Positions 1-15,416 are shown, counted from the whole stretch's first letter. The stretch: 63,760 nt of DNA, filler included, from Octopus bimaculoides (GCF_001194135.2; 6 parts of 5 records of this genome joined end to end with filler, not necessarily neighbours in it), one strand, 5' to 3'. Made by a program: numbers and translations. The notes: generated by a model not told the origin, from the letters alone.

Positions 1-221
1 ATATATATATATATATATATATACGCATGTATGCATGCATATGTATGTATATGCATATATATATACACATATATATACATATATATATATATATACATAC
101 ACACATATATATACATACATATATAGATATACATGCATATACATACATATATATATACATACATGTATATACATATATATACACATTCATCTATATATAT
201 ATGCATATATATCTATATATC

Positions 222-253
<32 letters not shown>

Positions 254-267
254 CATATATATACATA

Positions 268-325
<58 letters not shown>

Positions 326-336
326 CATATGTATAC

Positions 337-369
<33 letters not shown>

Positions 370-412
370 CATATATATATAAATATAGATATATATACAC
401 ACAAATACATAT

Positions 413-473
<61 letters not shown>

Positions 474-587
474 GATATATACACCAACTTACACACACAC
501 AGTTGTGTGTGTGTATCTGCTAGTGTGTGTATCTGCAAGTGTGTGTGTGTGAGTGTGTGTGTGTGCGCGCGTGCGCGTGTGCACTAG
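1..587. repeat. Compound (AT)n/(AC)n/(GT)n microsatellite
   Basis: Direct reading. The YI/HT/CV-rich ORFs here are translations of the repeat. Confidence 0.97.
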
Positions 588-1112
588 TAAGAAGTAGGAA
601 TCTAATGCAATAGTAATGGTTCGTTTAATCTGAAAATCCTATTGAATTTGATAAGAACAGACACGGAGAAAAGTTTACACATTGATTGTTCTCATTGGAT
701 ACACAGCGACTATTTTCCATAGGAAATATTAAAAATGTCCTACATGGATGATAGAAACTGACTGCTTGATGTTTATTAAAACACTGTAAGTAATATAAAT
801 ACCATAGAACCGTTATTGGATTGTTCGAGCACCGAGAAAGGCCTTTTATGTAGATCGCTAGATTTAGTGATCTCTTCTAAGTATGCATGGAGGCACGAAG
901 CGAGCGGCATTTGGATAGGAGGAAATGAAGAATGTTGGTAAAATTCGATCATTTACAGTTGAATGAGAAATGACAGATATCGACATTTGAAGGCGGAGGA
1001 AAATTCTACCTAACAGTATATATATATATATATATATATATNNNNNNNNNNNNNNNNNNNNNNNNNNNNNNNNNNNNNNNNNNNNNNNNNNNNNNNNNNN
1101 NNNNNNNNNNNN

Positions 1113-1184
1113 ACTTATTCTTCGTAAGCCTAGTACTTATTCTATCGGTCTGTTTGGCCGAACACACACACACACACATACACA

Positions 1185-1228
<44 letters not shown>

Positions 1229-1393
1229 TATATATATGAGACGGGTTTCTTCCAGTTTCCGTCTAACAAACCGACTCACGAGGCATTGGTCGGCCCGAGG
1301 CTATAGTAGAATACACTTGCGCAAGGTTTCACGCAGTGGGACTGAACCCGAAACCACGTGATAGTATAGTGAGATTCTTAACCACAGAACCGC
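1113..1393 (-). mobile_element. tRNA-headed SINE, family 1 (OR-like/CORE-like), partial
   Basis: Reverse complement matches the copy at 62241 (B-box-like GGGTTCAGTCCCACTGCGTG, CCTTG.GCAAGTG core), with an internal (CA)n tract. Confidence 0.85.
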
Positions 1394-2449
1394 GTAAATG
1401 GTAATGTATTAAAGACGGTGTTCGTTTAGACACGTCTGTTAGAGACGTATGCAAGTTGTACACCATAGCAAAAAGTTTCCAACAGAGCTAACTTGATTCT
1501 CAATTCTCGTTATGATATATTGCTGCGATTATATACAAGTGATTTTGATTAGATGGACGAAAACGATTTCACTTTAAACACCAACATAAACATCAACATA
1601 GAGCAGGATAATATCCCAGATCCAGAATAATTATCACCTGCGTAGTTTTGTATCACAAGTTATTAGCTGTGGTTAAGAGTAACTAACTTATAGACATACA
1701 TAGCAGTTTATCATTTCGTTCTTTCGTTAAAATATTCTGCACGCATATAAGACGGATAAAGAGAAAAGCGTAAAACGGAAAGTGAAGTTTGTTTCGGTAG
1801 AGATAAATCAGTATATAAGGTAATCAGCATGTTGTTATTCTCAGCTCTAAAGGGCAACTCTAGACAATTGAACAGAATTGCTTAAATTGAGGGGTTATCT
1901 GTTTCGTTTTAGTCATTCATCAAGAAGACAACTACGTGGGAATTCTGCCAGATATATAAGAAATACCTGGAAAGGGAATGAAAACTAGAATCATTTTGTG
2001 TTTAATGTAATCACATCCATCTCATTTCAACTTTCTTTTTCCTTCTCTTTCTTTCTCACTGTCTGTTTTTCGCTCAATATTTTTTTTCTGTATCTCTCAC
2101 TCTCTTTGACTTGCACTAACATGCATACTTGTCCACAAATAACATTATATTAATTGTTAAGTGCACTTTAAAACAAAAAGAAATGCCTAGCACTCTTGAT
2201 TCGGCATGTAAATGTGTTAGTTGTAAATCAAAGTTAAACAACTTTCAGGCCATTAGTTGCTGGAAAAATATTCCGTGTTCCGTGTTCATGTAAATTATAC
2301 GGGATGACTCGACGAAGAATGAAGCCATGAATTCAGAATCAACTCAGTTCTGTAGATGCTTAATAACCATTGTATAATGCTTGTATACATGTCTACCAAT
2401 TGTCTTCATAGAAATAGCACAATTCATATATTAACTTTTACACAAAGGA

Positions 2450-2660
2450 ATTGAACTGGCAGAACCATTAACACGCTGCAGAAAATGCTTAGCGGCATTT
2501 CGTCCATCTTTATATTCTCAGGATAAATTCCACCGTGATCGACTTTGCCTTTCATCTAAACGTGATCGATAAAATAAATACCAACTGAACAATGGGGTCG
2601 ACTTAATCGGCTTTCACTGCCCCCAAAATTACTGGCCTTGTGCAAAGATTTGAAACCAAT
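2450..2660 (+). mobile_element. SINE family 2 (tRNA-like head plus conserved GACTTTGCCTTTCATC...GATAAAAT..GTACC core), degenerate
   Basis: TGGCAGAACCATTAAC A-box-like start. Core shared with the copies at 15417, 24923, 50510 and 61983. Confidence 0.8.
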
Positions 2661-3300
2661 ACATTATTGTTTAGATTGATATGATATTTGCTTTACAAAA
2701 GATCAGAGTTTGTGTTACAATACAAACAGAAATGTGTCATAATCTGTTTACGATCAAATAAATTTATCTTGACGTAATTAGCGATAATAATTATATTACT
2801 GATATTTTTTATATTTGGTGCCTATTGAAAGCACTATAAATTTAAATTTATTACTAAACCTTATCTTCGAATATCATCATAAATCTGAAGGTTTCGTATT
2901 GTTAATATTTGTAAAAATAATAATGGCGATGAAGATTTATGTATTTATAATAAAGATTTATTAGAAATACTAATATTTTTCATTATTGTATGAATTACTA
3001 TCATTATTGTATGAATTAGCTATTCTACTGAACACGGCTCTGTGCCCCTTGCCTACGCCTTGTGCTCTTTTCACGTTTCACGTTACGTGTTTTCTGTTGT
3101 GCTGAAAATATTTAAGGTGATATGTAGCGCCAAGAAATGTTACTCTCCGTCACTAATACGTATACGTCCCAACTTTCTAGTTATGCATCTCTCTACACAT
3201 TTTTAATGCCCAGAATATCTATTACTATTGGGATATTGTCTCTGGGAACAGGTGTATTCAAGAATATTCCCATTTCAAAATGTTTCTTGGTATACTCTTG

Positions 3301-3520
3301 TACAAGGGTGTGCTGAAAAGTTCCTGTCCTCGGATAAGGAAAAATACAGGAGGATCAGTTAATTATGACTCCATTCAACATATTCCCCTCTCAGACTCAC
3401 CTACTTAATGCAACAGGCCTTCAGTTTTTCGAAGCCCTGTAAAAGAACTCTGGTGGCTGTGCCTCCGACAAGGCGTTTCGCGACACCTTTAAAGCCAGGA
3501 ACTTTACAACACGCCTTTGT
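3301..3520 (-). mobile_element. Mariner-derived MITE (about 220 bp)
   Basis: Imperfect TIRs (23/30): TACAAGGGTGTGCTGAAAAGTTCCTG at 3301 and its complement at 3492-3521. The minus-strand interior keeps a mariner transposase C-terminus (EAQPPEFF/LQGFEKLKACCIK*VSLRGEYVE). Confidence 0.7.
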
Positions 3521-3839
3521 GCCGCCCTTTTCGGTTTCTATTTCAAAATAACAAAAGAATTTCATTGCATGAAAACCCAACTGTGCCATGTGTGTACATT
3601 GATCCTCTTTTGGCTGAAAATGGGCAGCCTTGTACATTGTGGTTAATTGTTTCTTCCCAGCCGCCATATAACACGATTCATCTAACGTATTCTGCAATCT
3701 TATAACCGGAGGCTCTTGTTGAAAACTACGTACAATAATAATTATAGAGTTATTTTTCATTAAAATAGGATGATGAAATAAAAAAGAAATGTCAGCAATA
3801 AGCCTGCAAAATGCATTTAGTGCTTTGTAAATATATTCT

Positions 3840-4031
3840 TTTATTCTTTTATTTGTTTCAGTCATTTGACTGAGGCCATGCTGGAGCAGCACTTTTAGTC
3901 GAACAAATCGAACCTAAGACTTATTCTTTGTAAGCCCAGTACTTATTTTAAATAGTCTCTTTTGACGAACCGCTAAGTTACAGGGACGTAAACACGCCAA
4001 CATCGGTTGTCAAGTGTTGATGGTGGGACAA

Positions 4032-4104
<73 letters not shown>

Positions 4105-4270
4105 CGACAGGCTTCTTTCAGTTTCCGTCTAACAAATTCACTCACAAGGCTTTGGTGGGACCGAGGTTACAGTAGAAGACATTCGCCCAAGCTTCCACGC
4201 AGTGAGACTGAACCCCAGAACCATGTGGTTGTTAAGCAAGCTACTTACCACACAGCAACTCCTGCGCCTA
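3840..4270 (-). mobile_element. SINE family 1, near full length
   Basis: Head (GGCGCAGGAGTTGCTGTGTGG), B box, core, internal (TA)n(TG)n tract and the 3' tail are all present on the minus strand. Confidence 0.9.
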
Positions 4271-4734
4271 TATGATGCTACAAATTTTATACCTCTGAGT
4301 CAGTATGACGGTTTGGACTAAGAGTTGTGCCTGGGTCACTTTCGAAAGAAGCACGTTAAACAAGTCAATAACATTCATGGAAATTAACTAATTGTGAAAG
4401 GAACTAGAAATAGGAAGGATATATGAACGTGTGAGGATAACAGAACGTACACAAATCTAGAGAGCAGGTATAGGAGAAGTAATTCTGAAGAAATATTTCA
4501 GACGGATAATGGTGATTCTAAAAGGTGATTGAAAATTGAAATAGGATCATTGTCCATTGTGTCAGCTGGACCATGAAGCTAAAGCTTTCATGTCATACAG
4601 AGAAAGATGAAATACGGAGAAATATAAACGAAACAACACTATCACCAATATTTACAAGATATTGAAGACAGGCAGGCAGACAGACAAACAGACGGACGGT
4701 CGGACAGACACACAGACAAATAGAGAGAGATATG

Positions 4735-4952
4735 GATAGATAGATAGATAGCTAAACAGATAGATAGATAGAGATAGATAGATAGATAGATAGATAGATA
4801 NNNNNNNNNNNNNNNNNNNNNNNNNNNNNNNNNNNNNNNNNNNNNNNNNNNNNNNNNNNNNNNNNNNNNNNNNNNNNNNNNNNNNNNNNNNNNNNNNNNN
4901 GTGAGAAGAGATAGATAGATAGATAGATAGATAGACAGATAGATAGATAGTG
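4735..4952. repeat. (AGAT)n microsatellite spanning an N gap
   Basis: Direct reading. Confidence 0.95.
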
Positions 4953-5446
4953 TATTCTTAAATATTTCAACTGCAGCTAAATGAGTTGTGTATTAATTTC
5001 GAATCGAATTGATCGTTATGTGTTTGCATGTGTGCATATAGATATGTATGCGAATGTTTATTTATGTTTTCGATTTTAACGATGGAAGCCGAAGTAGATA
5101 AAGCTATGATTAATAGCGTTATACAGTGGGTTAAAAAACACTTTGGATAAGAAAAATCGAAGGATATATGAGCGAGACGAAACAACATCTTTTGTAAACA
5201 TAACAGACTTCGACATTTTCTATCCAAAAGACTTTTAAAACCAATATTTGCACGCTATTATTTCAAGCTTTATCTACATCGAGTTGAACCACTCAAATCA
5301 AATTATTTCATGTTCTCGAAGTTTCTAAATATTTTCGACGTAAACAGAATATATGTGTGTGTACATATGTACATACATACATACATAAATATACAAATTT
5401 ACTGATATACATATGCCAATATATATACCTATATATATATATACAT

Positions 5447-5494
<48 letters not shown>

Positions 5495-5513
5495 ATGTGT
5501 GTATGTATATATG

Positions 5514-5622
<109 letters not shown>

Positions 5623-6061
5623 ATATTATTTCATTTCATTTTTATCAGTCAACACTAAGTGATAGCCTCGTAGGTACAAAAAATATAAATAAACGTAAGA
5701 AAACAAACGTTTTGAGATGGATTCCATTAGACGCATTCATCTCTTTAATGGCTGCCATTATTTTTACATCCAATGCAAATTATTTCAGATAATACGCCAT
5801 GTTGCTATGTATAATTAATTCAGAAACAGTAGAGTATAGAATTATATTTGATTAAATAATCTAATAACAATTTGAAGGTGACAATTTAGTAATATAACAA
5901 GAATAATTTTAACATTAAAACCTGTCTTAAAACTGTTTATCATTACATAAGACAAAATGTTATATAGCTTCTTTCCGACAACTTCTCTAAATCCAGTAAG
6001 TGCAATATTGCATTCAATCAAAACTTTAACACAATTTTCTTCCTGATTGATAATGCAGACT

Positions 6062-6265
6062 TTTAGTGGCGAGTTAGGAGAATCGCAAGACCGTCCAGTA
6101 AAATCCTCAGTGGTATTTCTTACAGCTCATTAAGTTTTCCGTTCAAATTCCGCCTTTATCTCCCATGTTCTCCAGGTCGATGAAATAAAGTAACAGTCAA
6201 GTACTGGTGTCGATTCATCAGCTATCCCTCTTCCTCTAAAATTGCTGGCCCTGTACCGAATTCTG
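6062..6265 (+). mobile_element. SINE family 2, degenerate
   Basis: GTGGCGAGTTAGGAGAATCG head, GTTCAAATTCCGCC B box and CAGGTCGATGAAATAAAGTA core. Confidence 0.7.
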
Positions 6266-6914
6266 TGACAATAACTGTGACAATAACTTATGTCGAAAAG
6301 TTGCTATCACGTGCAATATGGATCCGATGGTCGGCCGACTTCAACGTAAATATCGGCCTACCACCTTACTTGGTTGCTCTGGTCTGTACTCGAACTCCAT
6401 TAGAAAATTTGATTCTTAGAATTGTTTGTTAATTGACTTTATACTTCATTACTTACAATTCTATGTAAATCTCCACTCTCCCTTGTCTGTCTATTGCCCT
6501 AAATGTTGTTTGAGAGTCGAACTGAAAATTCAAGGATCGACATGGAATTAAGCCTACAAGCAAACGTGTTAAATAAAACTATACGCAGTAGTATTTCATT
6601 CAATTCTGCTTAACGTGCCTTTAATTTATTCCAGCTTGGCAAAGCTTTTCGCACACCAGCAGATGTATCATTTCCTGTATAAGAACGTATCTGGTGAAGT
6701 GTAAGGTCGCAGAAACGTGCGCGTTCTACGGTCCCGTAATATCATTCACAACAAGCAAATTATCCGGACAGACATAGGGAGAACAAAATAGCGCGATCAT
6801 AAAACACTACACACATATCAAATGTAGGGATATCGACTGCATATTCGTCCATATACAGATAGCTGCAATCATGAAACGAGTCAAGGAGACAAAATACGAC
6901 GCGGTATAGGAACC

Positions 6915-7205
6915 CTCTTATGTATGTTTCTATGTTCCATTTCTTAATTGTTATAAATCTTCCACTGAGAAGGGAGCCCGTTTCCAACTAAGATAGAAGG
7001 CTACATCTTTGGGGTGTAGTAAACACAGACAAATTCACACTTGGAACTTGAAAAAAGTTTTGCATATTGTTACTGTTACACTCACTCACAGCACTTGTAA
7101 TGTACGAGTTAGCCGGTCGATTTCTCCTTCTGAAAATCCCGTTTATCCAGATTCTCCTTTAAGCGTTTATTAAGACAGCCTAGAGCTCCAATCATCATTG
7201 GTATG
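6915..7205 (-). mobile_element. 5'-truncated RLE-type LINE (R4-like) 3' end with (CATA)n at both junctions
   Basis: Minus strand reads IPMMIGALGCLNKRLKENLDK/GFSEGEIDRLTRTLQVL*VSVTVTICKTFFKFQV*, the C-terminus of an RLE LINE ORF, followed by a 3' UTR ending in CATACATA. Confidence 0.7.
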
Positions 7206-7962
7206 AGTATGTATGTATGTATGTATGTATGTCCTAGAGCGCGCAATGTTCCTGAAGGTCGGCAATAGTCTTCCTCGGCCATCATGTATGTATGTGTGTA
7301 TGTATGTAAGAAGTGCTTTCAAGTCAGTTAAGTATCACACACTGAGATTTTATGTGTGAATTTCCGTTTTATAAAAGCAGAAACATGAAATTTTTCTTTT
7401 ATACGTAATCGCAAAATCCTATCCAAATGAAGAACAAAAAAAAACTTGAAGGAAGCTTCGTAATAAAATGACATGAATTCATATAAAATTCAAACCTAAA
7501 TTGAAAGTAATTCCAATTCAATTTTGCTTTCGTATGTTCACTAATATCCAGATATGTGCGTGTGAGTGTATGCGTGTGTGTATATAGATGTATGTATATA
7601 TCTATATGGACTAATATACCCTTATATATATCTACATAGATAGGCATATATATGTTATATACTTACACATGTATATATTATACCATATGCATATGTGTAT
7701 GTATGAGTGTGTATACATGCAGAAACACATACACACACGCATGCACACGCACTCATATACACACACGCACACACTTATATATACGAACTGCATTCACTCT
7801 TCGTTTCTCATTCTCTTCTGTAGAAGAATCTGTTTTCTGCATGTTTACGAAATGTTACGTCAATAATAGCATCGAATTTAATGTTGTTCACGTCGTTCAT
7901 TGTTTTTGTTTAAAAAAACAATATTTTCCTCTCTATGTTTTACCGTTTGTACCTTTGAGATT

Positions 7963-8004
<42 letters not shown>

Positions 8005-8014
8005 NNNNNNNNNN

Positions 8015-8047
<33 letters not shown>

Positions 8048-8818
8048 CGTATAATGTATCTAGTGTGAAAATCTGAATATTCTTATATAAGTTTTTAATT
8101 TTATGCAAGCAATTATAAGACATAATTACTTCACAGCTTTAAAATCCCGGCTAAGTTTATTTTCCTTAGAAATGCACACTTTCGTTCAGTTTTCGTTTTT
8201 TTCTTACAACTTTAACGATAAAATAGATACAGTTTTTATCGTATTTTTATACCCTTCAATAAATCTTAAAAAACACTTTATTTGTCAATAAAATCAGAAT
8301 TCGTGCATTATAAAATATGGTACCGAAATATCCGTATTTCAATTTCAGGTTTTCATGACACAACGCATAAAATATATTTCTCTCAAAACATCACCTAATT
8401 GAAAAGCAGTGTGATGTTTTATAATATTACGAAATGTTCTGCCACCCCAGAAATTAGTAACTTATTTTTTGTAGTTATGTTTTTGCAATGTTTTATTTTA
8501 TAATGTTCTTGCATCATTGTAATCATGTAAACATAAAACTCCGTCATTCAATGTTAGTCGTTCATACACTTTCCACAACGCAGGATAATTTCACCGTGTT
8601 ATGTTGCACACAGCTAAACGGAGAATAGAGAAAGTAACGGTTGTCATTCTTAGTTTATGAAGTTCGATGAAATTTTCATGGGTAATGTAAGTTTATAATT
8701 TCTTATGACGTCATCATTATATATATGTGTGTTTGTATGTGTGCGTATGTGCGCGCGCTTGGGTAGATATGCATGTGTGTGTGTGTACATATGTATATAC
8801 ACACATCTTTATAAATAC

Positions 8819-8860
<42 letters not shown>

Positions 8861-9594
8861 NNNNNNNNNNNNNNNNNNNNNNNNNNNNNNNNNNNNNNNN
8901 NNNNNNNNNNNNNNNNNNNNNNNNNNNNNNNNNNNNNNNNNNNNNNNNNNNNNNNNNNNNNNNNNNNNNNNNNNNNNNNNNNNNNNNNNNNNNNNNNNNN
9001 NNNNNNNNNNNNNNNNNNNNNNNNNNNNNNNNNNNNNNNNNNNNNNNNNNNNNNNNNNNNNNNNNNNNNNNNNNNNNNNNNNNNNNNNNNNNNNNNNNNN
9101 NNNNNNNNNNNNNNNNNNNNNNNNNNNNNNNNNNNNNNNNNNNNNNNNNNNNNNNNNNNNNNNNNNNNNNNNNNNNNNNNNNNNNNNNNNNNNNNNNNNN
9201 NNNNNNNNNNNNNNNNNNNNNNNNNNNNNNNNNNNNNNNNNNNNNNNNNNNNNNNNNNNNNNNNNNNNNNNNNNNNNNNNNNNNNNNNNNNNNNNNNNNN
9301 NNNNNNNNNNNNNNNNNNNNNNNNNNNNNNNNNNNNNNNNNNNNNNNNNNNNNNNNNNNNNNNNNNNNNNNNNNNNNNNNNNNNNNNNNNNNNNNNNNNN
9401 NNNNNNNNNNNNNNNNNNNNNNNNNNNNNNNNNNNNNNNNNNNNNNNNNNNNNNNNNNNNNNNNNNNNNNNNNNNNNATATATATTTACATAAATGTGTG
9501 TGTGCTTGTGTGTTTGTGTGCTTATGTGTGTGCGTGTGTGTGTATGTATGTGTGCGTATGTGTGTGTTTGCGAGCGCGTTTTTTTATGTGCGCA

Positions 9595-9846
9595 CCTTCA
9601 TCGGACATACAATACCGCGATTGGAACGCAGGCTGCCACATACAGTACTGACATGGACCGCAGCTGGGAGCAAACGAGGCAGAGCAAGTCTGCCCAAAGA
9701 CTAGGCGCTGTACTCTCCGCGAGGACATACCGGAAGTGCAATGGAGCAATGGACCTGCACTGATGCAAAAGCAAGTGCAGGAGATTGCATTCAGTGGAGG
9801 CAACTCGTCGCCCGATATTCCGTCAGGAACAAGAGGAACTAAGTCC
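9595..9846 (+). mobile_element. RTE-clade LINE 3' end (RT C-terminus, frameshifted)
   Basis: Pieced frames read [27 protein letters not shown] / [17 protein letters not shown] / [20 protein letters not shown], typical of RTE ORF ends. Confidence 0.7.
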
Positions 9847-10519
9847 AAAATTACGAAGTGTAAATCGAATTTTTTTGCTAAATATATATTTGGATGGATG
9901 GATGGATGGATGGACGGATGGATGGATGGATGGATTGATGATCTCTTAAACTAGAAATAGTTATTCCCCATAATCTGAAACTAGAAATAGAATTTCCCAT
10001 AAAAATATCCAACTCAGCAGCGAAAGCATTTCAAACTTTGTGATTTACCGGAACACCGACGACGCATTAGAAAAACAAATTCTAATAAAAAATTTTCCTG
10101 CTAACTTTACCGGAACAACGGTAAGATCAAAGACATGGAAATAATACTTTGATCGTTTATGTAATCAGGTTTCTTTAAGACCTTATCTTCAGTCGCCTTC
10201 AAAGTTCTCTTGATTACTGTTTATTGTGAAACCGCCTTGGTGGAAATATAAACAGCTGGTGATAAATTAATATACAAAGTAAAGCTGTAGGCACTGATCA
10301 GACAAGAACGAAAATGATTAAAGCTGATGATGTTTAATTGCTCTTTATAATATAATCATTATTTACACTTCGGCTAGACAAGTGTAAGATCCTGCCGGGC
10401 TAGAAGAAAGCCATCAAGTGTCGTCAGCATAAAAGAAAATGGTTTGATTGTTCTTGCAATACGAGAGAATTAGAGATACGGTGTGTGTGTGTGTGACACA
10501 GACAGAGAAATGAATTTTA

Positions 10520-11303
<784 letters not shown>

Positions 11304-12407
11304 GCATGTATATATATAAATGCATATATGCATACACACACACACACACACATCAGTACAACACACAGCAATGAATTTCCAAGATGGTTGATTTCACGTT
11401 TCCGTTTCAATTAAGAGATGTAAAATATAAAAATTCTTTCTATAATACAAAAGATTACGTAAAAAGTTATGACATTTTAAATTTTCATGTTTTTATTATC
11501 ATATATTTATCTAGCAAAGAAAGTTTTACTTTCCTCTCAATTTCAGTAAATAACTTTCACAGATATTTCAATCATTCTATTATATTATATTATATTGTTA
11601 TATTATATTATATTATATTATATTATATTATACTATTTTATGCTATATTTTATACACCACATGATATTATTATCGTCCTCGGTTTGTTTTCTTTTTTGAT
11701 GAAGTATTTTGTCATTTTGGTTTTATTTGAAGGTTTGTAACGTTGTACAGTAACGCCATTGTTTCTTTCAATGTTTCGTTTCCAACTTTTTCGTCGATAG
11801 CGTGTACGTAACATAATAAAACTGAAGATACAAATGCATACATATATGCATACACACACAAACACACACACGCGCGCACGCGCACGCGCACACGCACAGG
11901 TATACATATGTCCATACTCGTATATACGACATATGTGTATACTTGTGTGTGTGAATGTTTGCGTATATATATATATATATATATATATNNNNNNNNNNNN
12001 NNNNNNNNNNNNNNNNNNNNNNNNNNNNNNNNNNNNNNNNNNNNNNNNNNNNNNNNNNNNNNNNNNNNNNNNNNNNNNNNNNNNNNNNNNNNNNNNNNNN
12101 NNNNNNNNNNNNNNNNNNNNNNNNNNNNNNNNNNNNNNNNNNNNNNNNNNNNNNNNNNNNNNNNNNNNNNNNNNNNNNNNNNNNNNNNNNNNNNNNNNNN
12201 NNNNNNNNNNNNNNNNNNNNNNNNNNNNNNNNNNNNNNNNNNNNNNNNNNNNNNNNNNNNNNNNNNNNNNNNNNNNNNNNNNNNNNNNNNNNNNNNNNNN
12301 NNNNNNNNNNNNNNNNNNNNNNNNNNNNNNNNNNNNNNNNNNNNNNNNNNNNNNNNNNNNNNNNNNNNNNNNNNNNNNNNNNNNNNNNNNNNNNNNNNNN
12401 NNNNNNN

Positions 12408-12444
<37 letters not shown>

Positions 12445-12949
12445 GAGACTGAGTTAGAGAGAGGGACAGATAGAGAGACAGACAGATACAAAGAGAGATA
12501 GAGAGAGAGTGAGATGTATATATGTATACATATCACACTATAGAGAATATTATACATATAATCCACAATATATATGGGTATGTAGCAGTATGCAAATTTG
12601 TGTGTTGTGTGTGTATGTCTGTGTGTATGTATGTATGCGTGTGTGTGTATAGATAGATAGATAGAGAGAGAGATACCTAACAAAAAGTAGATGACAAAAG
12701 AACGGTACTTACGTAATAACTTGCATTAGCTCACAGCTATTTCCACACTTTTGTGCATTTGAAGGTGAAAACAACTGCCCGAAGACAAATACACATACAT
12801 ACATACATACATACATACATACATACATACATACATAAATGCATACATACATACGTGTGTGTGTATTATATATGAATATATGAATTTATCTATGTGTATA
12901 CTTATGTGTGTGCGTATATATATAAATATATATGCATACATATATACAT

Positions 12950-13007
<58 letters not shown>

Positions 13008-14424
13008 NNNNNNNNNNNNNNNNNNNNNNNNNNNNNNNNNNNNNNNNNNNNNNNNNNNNNNNNNNNNNNNNNNNNNNNNNNNNNNNNNNNNNNNNNNNNN
13101 NNNNNNNNNNNNNNNNNNNNNNNNNNNNNNNNNNNNNNNNNNNNNNNNNNNNNNNNNNNNNNNNNNNNNNNNNNNNNNNNNNNNNNNNNNNNNNNNNNNN
13201 NNNNNNNNNNNNNNNNNNNNNNNNNNNNNNNNNNNNNNNNNNNNNNNNNNNNNNNNNNNNNNNNNNNNNNNNNNNNNNNNNNNNNNNNNNNNNNNNNNNN
13301 NNNNNNNNNNNNNNNNNNNNNNNNNNNNNNNNNNNNNNNNNNNNNNNNNNNNNNNNNNNNNNNNNNNNNNNNNNNNNNNNNNNNNNNNNNNNNNNNNNNN
13401 NNNNNNNNNNNNNNNNNNNNNNNNNNNNNNNNNNNNNNNNNNNNNNNNNNNNNNNNNNNNNNNNNNNNNNNNNNNNNNNNNNNNNNNNNNNNNNNNNNNN
13501 NNNNNNNNNNNNNNNNNNNNNNNNNNNNNNNNNNNNNNNNNNNNNNNNNNNNNNNNNNNNNNNNNNNNNNNNNNNNNNNNNNNNNNNNNNNNNNNNNNNN
13601 NNNNNNNNNNNNNNNNNNNNNNNNNNNNNNNNNNNNNNNNNNNNNNNNNNNNNNNNNNNNNNNNNNNNNNNNNNNNNNNNNNNNNNNNNNNNNNNNNNNN
13701 NNNNNNNNNNNNNNNNNNNNNNNNNNNNNNNNNNNNNNNNNNNNNNNNNNNNNNNNNNNNNNNNNNNNNNNNNNNNNNNNNNNNNNNNNNNNNNNNNNNN
13801 NNNNNNNNNNNNNNNNNNNNNNNNNNNNNNNNNNNNNNNNNNNNNNNNNNNNNNNNNNNNNNNNNNNNNNNNNNNNNNNNNNNNNNNNNNNNNNNNNNNN
13901 NNNNNNNNNNNNNNNNNNNNNNNNNNNNNNNNNNNNNNNNNNNNNNNNNNNNNNNNNNNNNNNNNNNNNNNNNGTCTATGTATGTGTGTGTTCTCTGGAT
14001 TAAAAAAAAACCTAAAGTTTAATGTATTCAATCAACACATTCTCTAAGATTACATAAAAATGCAGAATAAATCTCCTACATTTATTACTTTACAAGTGAA
14101 TAATTTTTCTTGCATTTGAATTTATACATTCGCTAACCACGCGTATTTATATGTGCGTTTCTGTCTGTAATTGTTAGAAATTGAGTTGAATGGAAAACTA
14201 TGGATCATTTCGTTTTTTTTGTTTGTTTGTTTTTTTCTGTTTCCAAAGTTCGAGAACGTTCGCTCCGAGCTATCTGAGTGTTTTTTTTTTGTTTTTTTTT
14301 GAAACGCTTCGTTTTTTCACTTCTTAGATTTCACCGCTTTTTGTGTTTATTCAGGTGAAATATGAACGACTAAACGGAGAAAAGGTGTAGGAGACTCTAA
14401 GCAGCGAGAGACCAATGTATTTCT

Positions 14425-14481
<57 letters not shown>

Positions 14482-14488
14482 GACCGAC

Positions 14489-14529
<41 letters not shown>

Positions 14530-14560
14530 CATAGATACATAGATACATAGNNNNNNNNNN

Positions 14561-14595
<35 letters not shown>

Positions 14596-14629
14596 CATAG
14601 ATACATAGATACATAGATAGATAGATAGC

Positions 14630-14665
<36 letters not shown>

Positions 14666-14700
14666 AATATAGATAGATAGATAGATAGATATACACATAC
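14425..14700. repeat. (AGAT)n microsatellite with AGATAC variants
   Basis: Direct reading. Confidence 0.95.
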
Positions 14701-14886
14701 ATATATACATGCATGCATCCATACATATATACATACACACATACATGCATAGGCACATAGCTGATAGAATACGAAGCATAAATGGAACTCAATACATGTG
14801 TATATACTTTATGTGTATTTTTTTTTTTTCTCAGCAGAATATTACAGAAGTATTTTGGCCGAAGGATTCTTGGTACACACACACAC

Positions 14887-14926
<40 letters not shown>

Positions 14927-15416
14927 ACATATAGAGAGAGGGAGAGAGAGAAACAGACAGACAGATAAACAGACAGACATATAGACAGACCGACAGGTAG
15001 GCAGGCAAGCAGACAGTGACAGACACACAAATAGAAAGCAAAAAATACAAAAAGATATAATAGAGAGATGCATACATACACAACATATATATGTATTTTA
15101 TGTATACATATGCGTATATGTGTATGTGTTTGCACACACAAACTCTCAACTCCTCACCCTCTCTTTCGCTCTCCTATCACTTTCTCTCCCTCACTCTCTC
15201 ACTCTTTCTCTCTTTCTGTGTACGTATATACATATATAAATACATAAATATTCGTATGCATCAAGAAACAGAAACCTTGTTATTTGCCATCGAAACAAGG
15301 TGCATTCTAGAAGTTTTGAAATTTCTTTCAGGGACAGGCAGTTATATATGTCGCAGATTATTGTAATCTTAATTTTTATATACATCTAATAAGCTGTTTT
15401 ATATTTCAGAGATAAA

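Noticed and set aside
27-587. Long ORFs rich in YI, HT, CV, LS, poly-I/N/L or X throughout the window
   Set aside because: They are translations of microsatellites or read through N gaps, not genes.
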